The translations under genes and the position numbers were made by a program. Positions 1 to 7,223 of a stretch of DNA of 12,502 nucleotides are shown in pieces. The stretch lies in the UHGV virus genome UHGV-1789726; one strand, 5' to 3'. How positions within the stretch are numbered: position 1 is the stretch's first letter; every line of letters begins with the position of its first letter. Source of the stretch: a virus. The notes beneath the pieces are model-generated. The model was given only the letters and a program-made list of their open reading frames with translations, was not told the DNA's origin and searched no databases.

Positions 1-19
1 TATGTCGTAGGTCTGACTC

Positions 20-47
20 ACCCATTTTTTGGGCGTTGGTGTATAAT
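20..47 (+). promoter_or_regulatory. Candidate sigma70 promoter: perfect TATAAT at 42-47 preceded by TG at 40-41, weak -35
   Basis: TATAAT hexamer read at 42-47 about 160 nt upstream of the first gene; no good TTGACA-like -35 at 17 bp spacing. Could be activator-dependent. Confidence 0.3.
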
Positions 48-81
48 CCAGCGCCTTTGTCAATCAATGGTGGCTCAGGCG

Positions 82-174
82 GGGGCTTCTTCGGAAGCGC
101 CGGTATCCTTCAGAGCCGGTTACGCCAACCCTGTCTGGGCTACCACCAGCGAAATTGGCGTTTCCGGTGGTAGC
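82..174 (+). promoter_or_regulatory. Structured 5' leader: UUCG-tetraloop hairpin (stem 85-89/94-98) and a 9-bp-stem hairpin (139-147/166-174)
   Basis: GCTTC-TTCG-GAAGC at 85-98; GCTACCACC (139-147) pairs with GGTGGTAGC (166-174) across an 18-nt loop. The 180-aa ORF called across this region has no RBS and low-complexity translation. Confidence 0.3.
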
Positions 175-203
175 GTAACCTGCTATCTGAAGGAGGCTGC
201 CAC

Positions 204-398
204 ATGCTGGCTACTACCCCTACCCAAAAAACGCAATTTATCTGGATTATCGCCGCAGTTCGCCGCGATTGCCCGACAATTACCGCCAAAATTCATCATA
301 TTGCTGCCGAGTCTGAACGCGATGCTCGCCGTTCTCTGGTGCGCGATCACATCTGCTTTTTTGCTGGTCGTATCCGCATGGAGGTGGCACATGATTAA
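204..398 (+). CDS. Small early protein, Icd/Kil-like (host cell-division inhibitor family of P4-type prophages), 64 aa
   Basis: AGGAGG at 191-196, 7 nt before ATG 204. Translation (FIWIIAAVRRD...RRSLVRDHICFFAGRIRMEVAHD) resembles Icd-like proteins from memory, unverified. Stop overlaps next start (ATGATTAA). Confidence 0.55.
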   Translation: MLATTPTQKTQFIWIIAAVRRDCPTITAKIHHIAAESERDARRSLVRDHICFFAGRIRMEVAHD

Positions 399-609
399 AA
401 CCTACGATGTGCATATGGATCCCCTCGAACGCACAAGCCAGATCATCACACTGACAGAAGTGATTAACGACATTCTGGTGAGCAACTCTCCCTCACGAGA
501 CGAAAAACTGAAGGCGTTACTCGCGATATTGGACCTCGCCGTTCGTGACGTTCATTTCCTGCTGGAAGGTGGACAAATGCCATGCAAAACGGGGGCAACC
601 AATGAATAA
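391..609 (+). CDS. Hypothetical small protein, 72 aa (internal start of the 67..609 track ORF)
   Basis: GGAGG at 381-385 before ATG 391; start overlaps the previous stop; stop overlaps next start. Confidence 0.5.
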   Translation: MIKTYDVHMDPLERTSQIITLTEVINDILVSNSPSRDEKLKALLAILDLAVRDVHFLLEGGQMPCKTGATNE

Positions 610-796
610 CTCAATTAATACCCCTCGCCTTACGTCCGCACTTCAATTAATCGAGCAAGCAGCGGCTGTCCTGGTTGCTGTCAGTCTTTCGGCTGAAGAA
701 ATGGACGCTGCTGATGTCGTGGATGCGATTAAAGCGTGCTCATCTTTGGTTAACGATGCCCGTGCCGAGCTGGTAATTCTTGGGGGTGAAAAATGA
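602..796 (+). CDS. Hypothetical small protein, 64 aa (internal start of the 545..796 track ORF)
   Basis: ATG 602 preceded by a G-rich SD-like run (GGGGG); overlaps previous stop 607-609; stop overlaps next ATG at 793. Confidence 0.45.
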   Translation: MNNSINTPRLTSALQLIEQAAAVLVAVSLSAEEMDAADVVDAIKACSSLVNDARAELVILGGEK

Positions 797-1056
797 ATAT
801 CAACTTAATTTATCGTCATCCGTGTGAGCTGGAAATTGAATCATTGCTGGGGCGCGAAGAGCCATATCCAGACACATTCACTCCCGCAGATTGCGCGACT
901 GAACGGCTTACCAGAGCGCGCACAGGTCTGGTTCATGTGATGAATGAGATTGTTCCCTCGGTGGGAGGGGAACAGGCGACAGTAATCAATAGCTGGCTAC
1001 AAAAAGTTACCTCCCTGATAGATATCGGTTTAATCGATGTGGAGAGTGCGAAATGA
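793..1056 (+). CDS. Hypothetical protein, 87 aa
   Basis: GGGGGTGA SD-like sequence before ATG 793; ATGA overlaps at both ends. Confidence 0.55.
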   Translation: MNINLIYRHPCELEIESLLGREEPYPDTFTPADCATERLTRARTGLVHVMNEIVPSVGGEQATVINSWLQKVTSLIDIGLIDVESAK

Positions 1057-1274
1057 CCAACATCCAGCTCATTGAAGCGCAATGTCGCATCGAACAGGTT
1101 CAGACTGTTTTAGGGTTCTGGCTTGAAGGGGCCAGCCCCAGCAACAGAGACAAGTTAATGATTGGCGCGGTTATGTCACTGCTCAATGGCGTACCAGAAG
1201 CTATTCAGGAAGCGGACGAATTGTTGGGCAAATATGAGTTACAGAATCATTCAGGCGAGGCGAAACATGAATAA
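1053..1274 (+). CDS. Hypothetical protein, 73 aa
   Basis: GGAGAG before ATG 1053; overlaps neighbours at both ends. Confidence 0.5.
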   Translation: MTNIQLIEAQCRIEQVQTVLGFWLEGASPSNRDKLMIGAVMSLLNGVPEAIQEADELLGKYELQNHSGEAKHE

Positions 1275-1869
1275 TTTCTTAACTTTCCATGCAGAAGCAA
1301 CGCCTGACGGCGTAAACATCATGTACCGCAGCAACGATGGCATGACAGAACGCGTTGAGACCGTCTCATATATTGATGCCGTAAATCGTCTGGATGCCGG
1401 GGATTATGACGATAAACCAGATGAAGGCATGTTTATACATCTCGCTATTGCCAGTGGCGGCAACCAGGGATATTTCGATTACACATCACAGCATCACGTG
1501 ATTATGTGGCGCTGGCTGATAGCAACAGCATTCATCAATGAAATGAGAAAGGAAAACGGCACTGTCAGCATCATTGATGATACTGGCAATCCTTCCGAAG
1601 TGGCTGTTTATTCCAACGGCATCGTCGCCATGCCGCTGTATCCAGTAGCAGAGCGCCTCGCTATGGCAAACAACATTGAGGGCGCGATGATAGAACGTTT
1701 TGGCATCGAGTCTGGCACAGAACGCGCCATCATTTTCTACAGAGCCATGATGGATGTGGAACAAGGAGCACTGACTCCATTTGGTCGTGAAACGCTTGCT
1801 GAACTTCACAACAGCTTTATAGCTGAACTGAATGAAAACGGCATGCCAGCGGAACCAGTGACGCACTGA
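1267..1869 (+). CDS. Hypothetical protein, 200 aa (internal start of the 1162..1869 track ORF)
   Basis: ATG 1267 overlaps the stop of the previous gene (ATGAATAA); GAGG upstream. The N-terminal extension in the track has no RBS and overlaps the previous gene. Confidence 0.6.
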   Translation: MNNFLTFHAEATPDGVNIMYRSNDGMTERVETVSYIDAVNRLDAGDYDDKPDEGMFIHLAIASGGNQGYFDYTSQHHVIMWRWLIATAFINEMRKENGTVSIIDDTGNPSEVAVYSNGIVAMPLYPVAERLAMANNIEGAMIERFGIESGTERAIIFYRAMMDVEQGALTPFGRETLAELHNSFIAELNENGMPAEPVTH

Positions 1870-1879
1870 GGATGGAGCC

Positions 1880-2221
1880 ATGATTACTAAAAATTTCCGA
1901 CTGAATGCGCTGGCAAATAAGTATGCGTCAGCACTGTATAACCACATTACCTCCACCAGCGGCGGGGACTATTTCATGATTGATGCGGACGGAGAGGCCG
2001 TCCGTGTGGAAATCGTCAATGGAGTAAAAGGCGTTCGCAGCCTGATCGATAGTTACGCACTGGCAGCCATGAAAGTGTTCTACCCGCAGTGGGAAACCGT
2101 GGGGATCGAGCTTCTTGATCGTTGCGTCACTAAGGACAGATTGACTGACGTCGGGCGTGAGATATGGCAAAGCATGGTTAATGACATGGGCGCAACTGTA
2201 GCGGGAGGTTCTCATGCGTGA
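1880..2221 (+). CDS. Hypothetical protein, 113 aa
   Basis: GAGGATGGAG SD-like sequence 5-8 nt before ATG 1880; 10-nt gap from previous stop. Confidence 0.65.
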   Translation: MITKNFRLNALANKYASALYNHITSTSGGDYFMIDADGEAVRVEIVNGVKGVRSLIDSYALAAMKVFYPQWETVGIELLDRCVTKDRLTDVGREIWQSMVNDMGATVAGGSHA

Positions 2222-2585
2222 AAATGTAGAAATGGCGCTTAGCTCCGCAATCGGAGAGCAGGTGGCAAAGATTGCTGGTGCTGTGTGGATTCATAACCTT
2301 CATTCTACTGGTGAAGAGAAAATGGCAATTCAGACGCCAGAGGGACGCACCATTACTACATCTCTGAAGCCGTCAGATGTTTGTGATCTGATTTGCGCAT
2401 TCATGTACCCAGCAATGAGGACTGTCCACGGCGATAAGTGGAAACTTGCGACAACCGCTGAATTTGATATGTGGCTAAACAATGATGGCATGCTGACTGA
2501 TTACGGAATAACCAAGTGGCAGATGCTAGTTAGCCATATCGCAAACGCTATAGACCACGTGGGGTACGGTGATGCGAAACATTGA
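2214..2585 (+). CDS. Hypothetical protein, 123 aa
   Basis: GGGAGG before ATG 2214; start overlaps previous stop; stop overlaps primase start. Confidence 0.65.
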   Translation: MRENVEMALSSAIGEQVAKIAGAVWIHNLHSTGEEKMAIQTPEGRTITTSLKPSDVCDLICAFMYPAMRTVHGDKWKLATTAEFDMWLNNDGMLTDYGITKWQMLVSHIANAIDHVGYGDAKH

Positions 2586-5328
2586 TCTTATCCGTCAGGT
2601 TATCAGTGCGTCTGAAAACAACTGGCCTCATGTGCTGGGCTGCCTGAACATAAATGTCCCTGACTCTCCGCGCCGTCATGCTCCCTGCCCTGCATGTGGG
2701 GGCAAAGATCGATTCCGGTTCGATGACAACGGGCGCGGTAGCTTCATCTGTAATCAGTGCGGCGCTGGTGATGGGCTGGATTTAATTAAACGCGTAAATA
2801 ACTGCGACACAACAGAGGCGGCGCTTCTTGCCGCTGATGTTCTGGGTATTGATTACCGGACAACGGAAACACCAGAAGCCACCAGCCAGAAACGGGAACA
2901 ACTGGAAACCGAGCGCCAGCGACGCGAACAGGAGCGCCTGAAAAGGGCAGAGAAGGACGAACAACAAAGACGGGATACGTTTTCCCGTCAGTTTGATGAC
3001 ATGCGCAGAAAGGCTGTAAACGGCAAATCTGATTATCTGGTTGCGAAAGGGGTAGGTGATTTTACATTCCCCGTGTTGCCCGATGGATCTCTGTTGCTGG
3101 CGCTGGTGGATAAATCCGGCGCAGTAACAGCAGCACAGACTATTACCTCACATGGTGAAAAAAGACTCCTGACAGGTTCAGCAAAGCGAGGGGCATATCA
3201 CGCCATAAACGCACCAGAAACAACACAGAGCATCTTAATCGCAGAAGGGCTGGCAACGGCATTATCTGCCCATTTAATGCGTCCAGAGGCGCTGACAGTG
3301 GCGGCGATTGATGCCGGGAACCTGTTATATGTCGCCCAGGTACTGCGGGATAAATTTCCTTCAGCACAAATCATCATTGCTGCGGATAACGACCACAGCG
3401 AAGGAAGACAAAACACGGGGAGAATAGCAGCAGAAAAAGCAGCTTTATCTGTTTCTGGATGGGTGGCATTACCCCCGACAGATCACAAAGCAGACTGGAA
3501 TGATTACCACCAAAAACACGGCATTAAATGCGCCACAGAAGCGTTCAATAAGTCAATGTACCAACCACAGGGTAATGGCGTGAAACAGGAGCCACAGACC
3601 ATTGAGGGAAGCGATTTTAAGGTTATGGATACCGATCCACTGAAACCAAGAATAGAAAGCCGCGAGGATGGTATTTATTGGGTATCTCCGAGAGCTGACA
3701 GCCAGAGTGGAGAAATCATCAATAACGAAAGCTGGTTATGTTCTCCGTTAAGCGTTATCGGTACTGGCAGAGACGATAAAGACCAGTATCTCATTCTTCG
3801 CTGGCTGTCGTTTGGTTCTGAAACGCCGACAACCGCTGCCATTCCACTGGCTGATATTGGTGAACGTGAAGGATGGCGCACACTTAAAGCTGGTGGGGTA
3901 AATGTCACGACCAAAAGCAGCCTCAGAGCAATACTGGCAGACTGGCTACAACGCAGTGGCTCTCGTGAATTGTGGCGTGTTGCTCATGCCACTGGCTGGC
4001 AATGCGGAGCGTACATCATGCCTGATGGGGAAATCATCGGAACACCTGAAAATCCTGTGCTGTTCAGCGGGAGAAGCTCAGCCGCAGCCGGATATACCGT
4101 CTCAGGGAGCGCGAAAAGCTGGCGTGATAACGTGGCGCGTCTGGCCTTTGGTAACTATTCAATGATGACCGGGATCGGCGCAGCACTGGCAGCGCCATTG
4201 ATTGGGCTGGTGGGCGCTGACGGGTTCGGCATTCATTTCTATGAGCAGTCGAGCGCAGGTAAGACCACCACGGCAAACGTGGCGAGCAGCTTATACGGCA
4301 ACCCTGATTTACTGCGGCTGACGTGGTACGGAACCGCGCTGGGGCTGGCAAATGAGGCCGCCGCCCACAATGACGGACTAATGCCGCTTGATGAAGTTGG
4401 TCAGGGCGCTGATCCTGTCAGCGTTTCACAGTCTGCCTATGCGTTATTTAACGGTGTAGGGAAACTGCAAGGCGCTAAAGATGGTGGAAACCGGGATCTA
4501 AAACGCTGGCGTACAGTGGCAATCAGCACCGGAGAAATGGATTTAGAAACATTTATCGCTACTTCCGGGCGAAAAACCAAAGCCGGGCAACTGGTGCGAC
4601 TGCTGAATATTCCGTTGAGTAAAGCAGTACGCTTTCACGATTACCAGAACGGAAAACAGCACGCAGACGCACTGAAAGACGCTTACCAGCATCACCACGG
4701 CGCGTCCGGGCGTGAGTGGATTAAATGGCTGGCAGACCACCAGCAACAGGCTATTAAAACCGTTCGTGACTGCGAAAGCAGATGGAGAAGCCTGATCCCA
4801 TCCGATTATGGTGAGCAGGTTCACCGTGTAGCCGCGCGATTTGCCATTCTGGAGGCCGCATTGTTGTTAGGCGAGGTTGTAACAGGCTGGGATGCTCAGA
4901 CATGCCGTGATGCGATACAGCACAGCTATAACGCATGGTTGCGCGAGTTCGGCACAGGTAACAAAGAGCATCAGCAGATTATTGAACAAACGGAGGCATT
5001 TCTTAATGCCTATGGGCTTAGCCGTTTTGCACCATTTCCATACAGCCCGGCAGATTTGCCCATCAAAGATTTAGCCGGATACCGTCAGCGTGGAGAACAT
5101 GACGAAAGCCCAATGATTTTCTACACATTCCCGGCCACATTTGAAAAGGAGATCGCATGTGGTTTCAACGCAAAACAGTTTGCTGAAGTGTTGAAAAAAG
5201 CCGGGATGCTAACCCCACCAAACAGCGGTCGTGGATACCAAAGAAAATCACCACGTATTCAGGGACGACAAATAAACGTTTATGTACTCAATTACCAGCC
5301 AGGAGATTACAACTCATCTGAAGAATGA
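2572..5328 (+). CDS. Primase-helicase (P4 alpha / PICI Pri-Rep type): N-terminal zinc ribbon, TOPRIM, C-terminal P-loop domain; about 918 aa
   Basis: CPACGG...CNQCG zinc ribbon (nt ~2686-2766); TOPRIM signature with IAEG Glu (nt ~3244) and AADND (nt ~3385); SSAGKTT P-loop (nt ~4258). ATG 2572 preferred over the track's GTG 2569. Confidence 0.9.
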   Translation: MRNIDLIRQVISASENNWPHVLGCLNINVPDSPRRHAPCPACGGKDRFRFDDNGRGSFICNQCGAGDGLDLIKRVNNCDTTEAALLAADVLGIDYRTTETPEATSQKREQLETERQRREQERLKRAEKDEQQRRDTFSRQFDDMRRKAVNGKSDYLVAKGVGDFTFPVLPDGSLLLALVDKSGAVTAAQTITSHGEKRLLTGSAKRGAYHAINAPETTQSILIAEGLATALSAHLMRPEALTVAAIDAGNLLYVAQVLRDKFPSAQIIIAADNDHSEGRQNTGRIAAEKAALSVSGWVALPPTDHKADWNDYHQKHGIKCATEAFNKSMYQPQGNGVKQEPQTIEGSDFKVMDTDPLKPRIESREDGIYWVSPRADSQSGEIINNESWLCSPLSVIGTGRDDKDQYLILRWLSFGSETPTTAAIPLADIGEREGWRTLKAGGVNVTTKSSLRAILADWLQRSGSRELWRVAHATGWQCGAYIMPDGEIIGTPENPVLFSGRSSAAAGYTVSGSAKSWRDNVARLAFGNYSMMTGIGAALAAPLIGLVGADGFGIHFYEQSSAGKTTTANVASSLYGNPDLLRLTWYGTALGLANEAAAHNDGLMPLDEVGQGADPVSVSQSAYALFNGVGKLQGAKDGGNRDLKRWRTVAISTGEMDLETFIATSGRKTKAGQLVRLLNIPLSKAVRFHDYQNGKQHADALKDAYQHHHGASGREWIKWLADHQQQAIKTVRDCESRWRSLIPSDYGEQVHRVAARFAILEAALLLGEVVTGWDAQTCRDAIQHSYNAWLREFGTGNKEHQQIIEQTEAFLNAYGLSRFAPFPYSPADLPIKDLAGYRQRGEHDESPMIFYTFPATFEKEIACGFNAKQFAEVLKKAGMLTPPNSGRGYQRKSPRIQGRQINVYVLNYQPGDYNSSEE

Positions 5329-5353
5329 GCTTCTTCATGTGCGTAGAAAAGGC

Positions 5354-5464
5354 GTTGGTTCAGTTGGTTCAGTTGGTTCAATTTGTAAAGAGTATTGTTT
5401 TATAAGGATTTTATTCTTTTTATTGAACCAACACTGAACCAACAACACGGTATTTTGAACCAAC
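5354..5464. repeat. Iteron cluster / candidate origin: 3 tandem GTTGGTTCA, a 43-bp AT-rich spacer, then 3 inverted copies TGAACCAAC
   Basis: Direct copies at 5354-5362, 5363-5371, 5372-5380; AT-rich 5381-5423; inverted copies at 5424-5432, 5435-5443, 5456-5464 (11 bp and 21 bp centre-to-centre). Sits immediately 3' of the primase gene. Confidence 0.65.
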
Positions 5465-5784
5465 ACAATGTGACTGAATTGATGCGCACAACACCTGGCT
5501 GGCATCAGAGAGTGTTTTACGAGACTTTCGTAAAATCCTGTGTACAAGGGCGTGACGTTTTTGAAAGTGAGCACTACGAAATTTTCGTAGTTCAGAAAAC
5601 AGCCTCTGAGAAGTTGTTATGCCTGTTCAGCAAACCATCCGCATAGCTGATCGCGAATCAAATTACCAATGGAGCCAGAAGCAAGGGCAGAACTGAAAAG
5701 CGCCTGCCGTGAAGAGTAATGCGACACCATAAATATAGTTTTTAGAGTCCATAAAAAACCTGTCAAAACCTGACACACAGAACG

Positions 5785-5817
5785 ATGCCACCAGCTACTG
5801 AGCGGTGGCATTTTTTT
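5785..5817 (+). terminator. Rho-independent terminator
   Basis: 8-bp stem ATGCCACC (5785-5792) / GGTGGCAT (5804-5811) with an 11-nt loop, followed by a T7 run (5811-5817). Confidence 0.6.
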
Positions 5818-5912
5818 GTGCTATTTGTTTCATATTTTGCAATTACGATGATGAATATTGCGATTTGTGAAACTATAATAACTGTTGTTTTATACAGTTC
5901 TAAGGGGGCGTT

Positions 5913-6074
5913 ATGGCTATTTCAGTAAAGCCGGTATTGATAAGTGAGAAGCAAATGGAAGCGATAAAGAAAATTCAGGAAGAGCAGCGTAAAAAATCAG
6001 GAATTGGAGTAGCGCCAACTCTGCATGAAATTGCACGAGGGTTAATAGATAAGGCGCTGGCAGGCTGTATGTGA
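5913..6074 (+). CDS. Small ORF, 53 aa, absent from the ORF track; possible ribbon-helix-helix (Arc/MetJ-like) regulator
   Basis: AAGGGGG at 5902-5908, 4 nt before ATG 5913; stop TGA 6072-6074. Translation MAISVKPVLISEKQMEAIKKIQEEQRKKSGIGVAPTLHEIARGLIDKALAGCM has a strand-helix-helix layout. Fold assignment is inference. Confidence 0.45.
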   Translation: MAISVKPVLISEKQMEAIKKIQEEQRKKSGIGVAPTLHEIARGLIDKALAGCM

Positions 6075-6090
6075 AAATGGATGGCATCGC

Positions 6091-6552
6091 ATGGAACTAA
6101 AATTTATTGATAACCCTGTGCGATTACAGGCCTTTCTTAACGAGCCAGGCAATACCGAAAATATTGTTGAGCCGGGGCACACGTACTACATCAAGCCTGA
6201 TGCGGTATATCTCGGCATCTACGAAGGATTAGTGCTGGCTGGCGTTCATGAAGTGCGTAACTTCTGGCATAGCGTTGTTGAATGCCATGCGGTGTACGAC
6301 CCCGGATTCCGTGGTGAATATGCACTGCAAGGACATCGATTATTCTGCAAATGGCTTCTCGAAAACTCACCATTCCTTAACAGCATCACTATGGTTCCTG
6401 ACACCACGAAATACGGACGGGCAATTATCCGTTTGCTTGGCGCTACCCGTGTTGGTCACCTTGATGATGCTTATATCAGATGTGGTAAACCCGTCGGCGT
6501 AACGCTTTATCAGTTAACTCGGCAACAATATAAGGAATTCAGCGAATGTTAA
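6091..6552 (+). CDS. Hypothetical protein, 153 aa; first gene of the four-gene cassette
   Basis: Long ORF, non-repetitive sequence; stop overlaps next start (6546). Confidence 0.7.
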   Translation: MELKFIDNPVRLQAFLNEPGNTENIVEPGHTYYIKPDAVYLGIYEGLVLAGVHEVRNFWHSVVECHAVYDPGFRGEYALQGHRLFCKWLLENSPFLNSITMVPDTTKYGRAIIRLLGATRVGHLDDAYIRCGKPVGVTLYQLTRQQYKEFSEC

Positions 6553-7223
6553 TTACCCATATAGCTCATAAACATCTCAATCGTGCCGTATACGAAAAAG
6601 GCGGTGATGGTGGTGCCTCTAAAGCTCAGGCGAAGGCCCAGCAGCAGGCAATTGATTTGCAGCGCGAGCAGTGGAATACGGTGATGAATAATCTCAAGCC
6701 GTATGCAGAAGTCGGATTGCCTGCTTTACAACAACTACAAGGACTGATGACTCTGGAAGGGCAGAATAAAGCCGCGAATGATTTCTTTGGTTCTGGTTTA
6801 TATAAAACACAGGCAGATCAGGCCCGTTATCAGAACCTTGTCTCAGCAGAAGCTACCGGGGGGCTTGGCTCAACAGCTACCAGTAACCAGTTATCTTCCA
6901 TTGCGCCCATGCTTTATAACAATTGGCTTAGTGGGCAAATGCAAAATTATGGAAACCTGCTAAATGTCGGGATGAATGCGGCATCAGGGCAGGCAACGGC
7001 AGGGCAAAACTACGCCAATAATACCGGACAACTCTTGCAGGGGCTTGGCGCTATTCGTGCAGGTCAGGCGCAGCAGCCATCCAGTCTTGCGCGTGGTATT
7101 GGTGGGGCAGCATCAGGCGCTTTAGCGGGTGCGCAACTTGGTTCCGTTGTTCCTGGAATAGGAACTGCGGCCGGCGCTATTGGTGGTGGGCTTATTGGTC
7201 TTGTTGGGGGGCTTGGATTCTAA
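6546..7223 (+). CDS. Q/N/A/G-rich protein, 225 aa, with C-terminal glycine-zipper hydrophobic segment; internal-virion/ejection-protein-like
   Basis: AAGGAA 9 nt before ATG 6546. C-terminus GIGGAASGALAGAQLGSVVPGIGTAAGAIGGGLIGLVGGLGF (nt ~7083-7220). Stop overlaps next start (TAATG). Confidence 0.75.
   Translation: MLITHIAHKHLNRAVYEKGGDGGASKAQAKAQQQAIDLQREQWNTVMNNLKPYAEVGLPALQQLQGLMTLEGQNKAANDFFGSGLYKTQADQARYQNLVSAEATGGLGSTATSNQLSSIAPMLYNNWLSGQMQNYGNLLNVGMNAASGQATAGQNYANNTGQLLQGLGAIRAGQAQQPSSLARGIGGAASGALAGAQLGSVVPGIGTAAGAIGGGLIGLVGGLGF

Noticed and set aside
67-609. 180-aa track ORF treated as a single CDS
   Set aside because: The first 108 codons cross hairpin-rich sequence with no RBS and overlap the well-supported Icd-like gene in another frame; only the 391-609 portion has an SD and coupling.
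1486-1956. Minus-strand ORF of 156 aa, and the other minus-strand ORFs (e.g. 2782-2967, 3143-3416, 4064-4351, 10060-10491)
   Set aside because: All lie fully antisense within strong + strand genes, lack RBS, and have Cys/Trp-rich or low-complexity translations typical of shadow ORFs.
5395-5646. 83-aa + strand ORF across the iteron array
   Set aside because: Its 5' part is the AT-rich core and inverted iterons; the only internal ATG (5482) has no SD.
5837-5880. Precise -35/-10 assignment for the cassette promoter
   Set aside because: TATAAT at 5874-5879 is clear, but TTGCAA (5837-5842) is 31 bp upstream and TTGCGA (5858-5863) only 10 bp upstream, so no canonical pairing; left as a promoter-like region.
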